Shown here: one piece after another, positions 61,110-64,000 of the stretch | How the letters are laid out: every line of letters starts with the position of its first letter | How positions within the stretch are numbered: the stretch's first letter is position 1 | Assembly: GCA_012295275.1 (NCBI GenBank) | Contig: CM022671.1 | Coordinates: forward strand, 11,842,001 to 11,906,000 | From: Chrysomallon squamiferum | Taxonomy: Eukaryota > Animalia > Mollusca | DNA length: 64,000 bases | Direction: 5' to 3' | Made by a program: the position numbers and the translations under genes | The notes under the pieces: model-generated | The model's database searches: none | What the model saw: the letters and a program-made list of their open reading frames with translations, nothing else | Told to the model about the DNA's origin: nothing

Positions 61110-64000
61110 TCAAAAATTAAAAACTAGTGAAGTAAAGTAAATAAAGTTTGTGTTGAAACAAGTTTTCGATGGCACTGTCAACAACTTGCTAACTTCATTA
61201 AAATCTATACATGGCTTGAACCGCAATCTGTACGCCCATTCCCTTATGCCTGGTGATGGGAGACTCATTCAAGTGAACCATCAAGATATTCCAAGCACAT
61301 AATCAGTGTTCTTACACGAGATTAACCAGCCAGCATGGATGGAGGAGTGCCTCAAATCAGTGCAGTTGATCATGATCAGCTGGTTTGACAACGCTAACCT
61401 ACACAAAGATGGTCTTTGTCACAGTTCAATAGAGCTCGCTGACACCAGACTCACCTGCTCATATAAAAGGCTTGGGTATCTTCTTAATAATGGACAAATG
61501 TGTCAATAGCCTCCAAAGTAAATCTTGCCAAATACCCCTCTGGGTGTATGCTCTTGGTAAAACTATTGAGAATATCTATCACTACTATAGGTAGTATCAA
61601 TTTTCACCTGTCTAGCTATTTTTCAATTTACTTAAGCTCTCCAGTCAAGCGAGTGACCTGAATCTGTGATTTTCTTTCTTCCTTTTTTAGAAATCTATTA
61701 TATACCTGTATACATACAGCATCAGGTATTTAAAATGGAAGGTAAAAAAAAAAGTCGCAACGAGAGATAAAAAAAAGAAAAAGAAAAAAGTCATGGGAAT
61801 AAACATAAAATTGTTTTAAAGTTAATTATTAAAGATGCAAGAATTAATTTAGTGAAATTGTTTTCTGAAATATATTTTTATTTTTACAGAAAGTGATTTG
61901 ATGGGCAAAGCTATTTATTACATTAACTAAATAGCATTTTTTACTGAAATAGTAAGAACTGATATTACATGTCAGAAACAATTTATTTTAAACACACACA
62001 CACACACACACACATATGTATTGCACATACCCAACATAAATAAAGTTAATTAGAACAACATTAAACCAGTAAACCACCAGGTTATATATGTAAGGGTTCT
62101 TTATAGTTATTTGGTATCTGAAATCTTTCTTTATATTATTTATATATATAATATCCAAACTTTAAATTCAAAAAAAATTAAAAAGAAAAAGCAGATATAT
62201 TCAGATATTAGTATAAATAACTGCAATAAGCTGATCTACTATAAGAAGTTGTTGTCCATTAAATCCAAGTTTTCTAAAATGACAGTGATTTAATATATAT
62301 AAAAACAAGACAGCAATGTATGTCTCTAAAACACACACTCATATTCACAAAATTCATGTGCAATGAAAATTTAATTATGTCCATTTTGTGTGTGAAGTGC
62401 CTGTGATTAAATGAACTTAAAATGGAATATAATTATACACTATCAACTATCAGACGATGCATCATACTATCAATTCAAATGACTCTCATAATATCACCAT
62501 CATATGTAACGAGTAAATGTCAGTAAATAAAGAAGACCATTTACCAAGGGAGTGTTTGTTGACTAGTTTTCAGTTTTCAAACAAGCAGAATCCTGCTTTA
62601 TATCAGTCATTTTCAAATTTGAAAAAAATGTTCATAAAATTAAGTAAAAAAGGATATTAGAAAAACAAGATAGTCTGCTGATAATTAATAAAACTGTTAG
62701 ATATATATATCAATTTTTGCAGCAAAGCTGTTTTTAGTAATCTTTCAATGCTAACTGAAATCTAGTACAGCAGAACAGATATTGAACAGTATTTGCATGC
62801 CACACAGAGCCCCTAAGTAAACATGTTTAATGGATTTAAAAAAAAGACGCACCCAATTACACAGCATCATTAAAGCTGTTCTGCAGTTTATTTGCTGGGG
62901 TTACTAGACTTTGACATAAACTTATTTTATTTTTATAAATTAATTTCTGTATATAATTGTCAACTTTTATTTCTTCATTAATAATCATAGTAAAATGCAC
63001 ACACACACACACACTTTATGTTCAGTGTTAGTTACTGCAATAAATCTACAATCAGTAATGTCAGAATTAGTGGATGTCTTTATTGTGTTTTTCTTCTTCC
63101 TCATTTTTCTCCTTTCTTTGTTTTGTTTTTGTTTTAAATCTGCCGATTAAAACAAGTCTTTTGATCTCTTTTATAATCATATTGAACTAAAGCTAAGAGA
63201 AATAAATTAATAAAAATTAATACCCAGAATAAAGAACAAACATTTACGAACATTAATACATTTCCTATTAACAATTACTAGATGTCAAACATCTGCTGGG
63301 GCTTTTGCTGTTTATTTGGTTGTTGTTTTTTTGTATGGTTGTTATCTTTGATGTTACATTATAAGAAAAGTGTTGTTTATGGGTTGTTTTGTTTGTTTGT
63401 TTGCTTTTTCAAATAGAAAGTTATTAAATAAATTAACTGAGACAACTTGGAACAGACCAGGAAAATAAAACTGAACACTTTGTTAAAATGTGCATTTTTT
63501 AAATATTTTTCTTGAAAGAACACAAAATATGAATCAATCAACAAGAAGGCAGAATTTCATGCAGACTGACAGATAAATGGAAGACCTTGACAACAGAATG
63601 ATGCTGTAAGATCACAATGAATATACAGAGAATATAAAAAATTACATCAACACCTGGCTCAGTATTCTCTTCCTTATCATGAATTTATAAGCTGACATTA
63701 TTTAAATGATATACTGTTAATGTCATCATCAATCCACCAGTGATGGAATTCAATATGCAATGATGCTGTGAACACTTGCGTAATTTTCGTCTGTTTGTAT
63801 CAGCTTCCAAATTAACATACATTTTATAAATCATCCCAACAATTGCCAACCATCAGACCCATCTGTACCTATTCATTGCATCAACCTGAAGCGTTTTCTG
63901 CTTCACTAACCCTGGATGGACAAAGTAATCAAAGAGCCATCGGCATTTACTGCTGGAGCCACTTTTCAAGACGATTAAATCCGAGAACACTATCAATTGA

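Noticed and set aside
53119-64000. Further upstream CUX/CASP coding exon (expected to end ...EVKNQ-like)
   Set aside because: Scanning by eye found no matching phase-1 exon; ORFs at 54187, 58253, 61306 and 62111 show no similarity. It probably lies beyond the window, though I may have missed it.

Overview
AT-rich animal genomic DNA with spliceosomal GT-AG introns. It is most likely a protostome and possibly a gastropod mollusc; that assignment is an inference. I hand-spliced three genes with consistent reading-frame phases. (1) The first seven coding exons of DEPDC5 lie on the minus strand and run off the left edge. (2) A complete four-exon MRPL16 lies on the plus strand, head-to-head with DEPDC5 across about 520 bp. 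(3) A Cux/CASP dual-output locus on the minus strand fills 7.5-64 kb, with its 5' end beyond the right edge. Eight shared coiled-coil exons end at a phase-1 donor at 32031. This donor can splice to five CUX exons (three CUT domains plus a homeodomain, stop at 23300) or skip about 17.6 kb to nine Golgi CASP exons (transmembrane anchor, stop at 7562). The most notable non-coding signals are: CELF- and RBFOX-type motifs flanking the CUX/CASP switch; a dense cluster of conserved miRNA seed matches implying a multi-kb CUX 3'UTR; intronic RFX X-box plus ATCAAT modules; and a 3-kb, 51-bp palindromic E-box-rich minisatellite that fills one CASP intron and explains most long ORFs in the track. I found no CRISPR array, tRNA, rRNA or intact transposon. 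I cannot demonstrate a wholly new system; the best candidates are regulatory hypotheses around the CUX/CASP switch.
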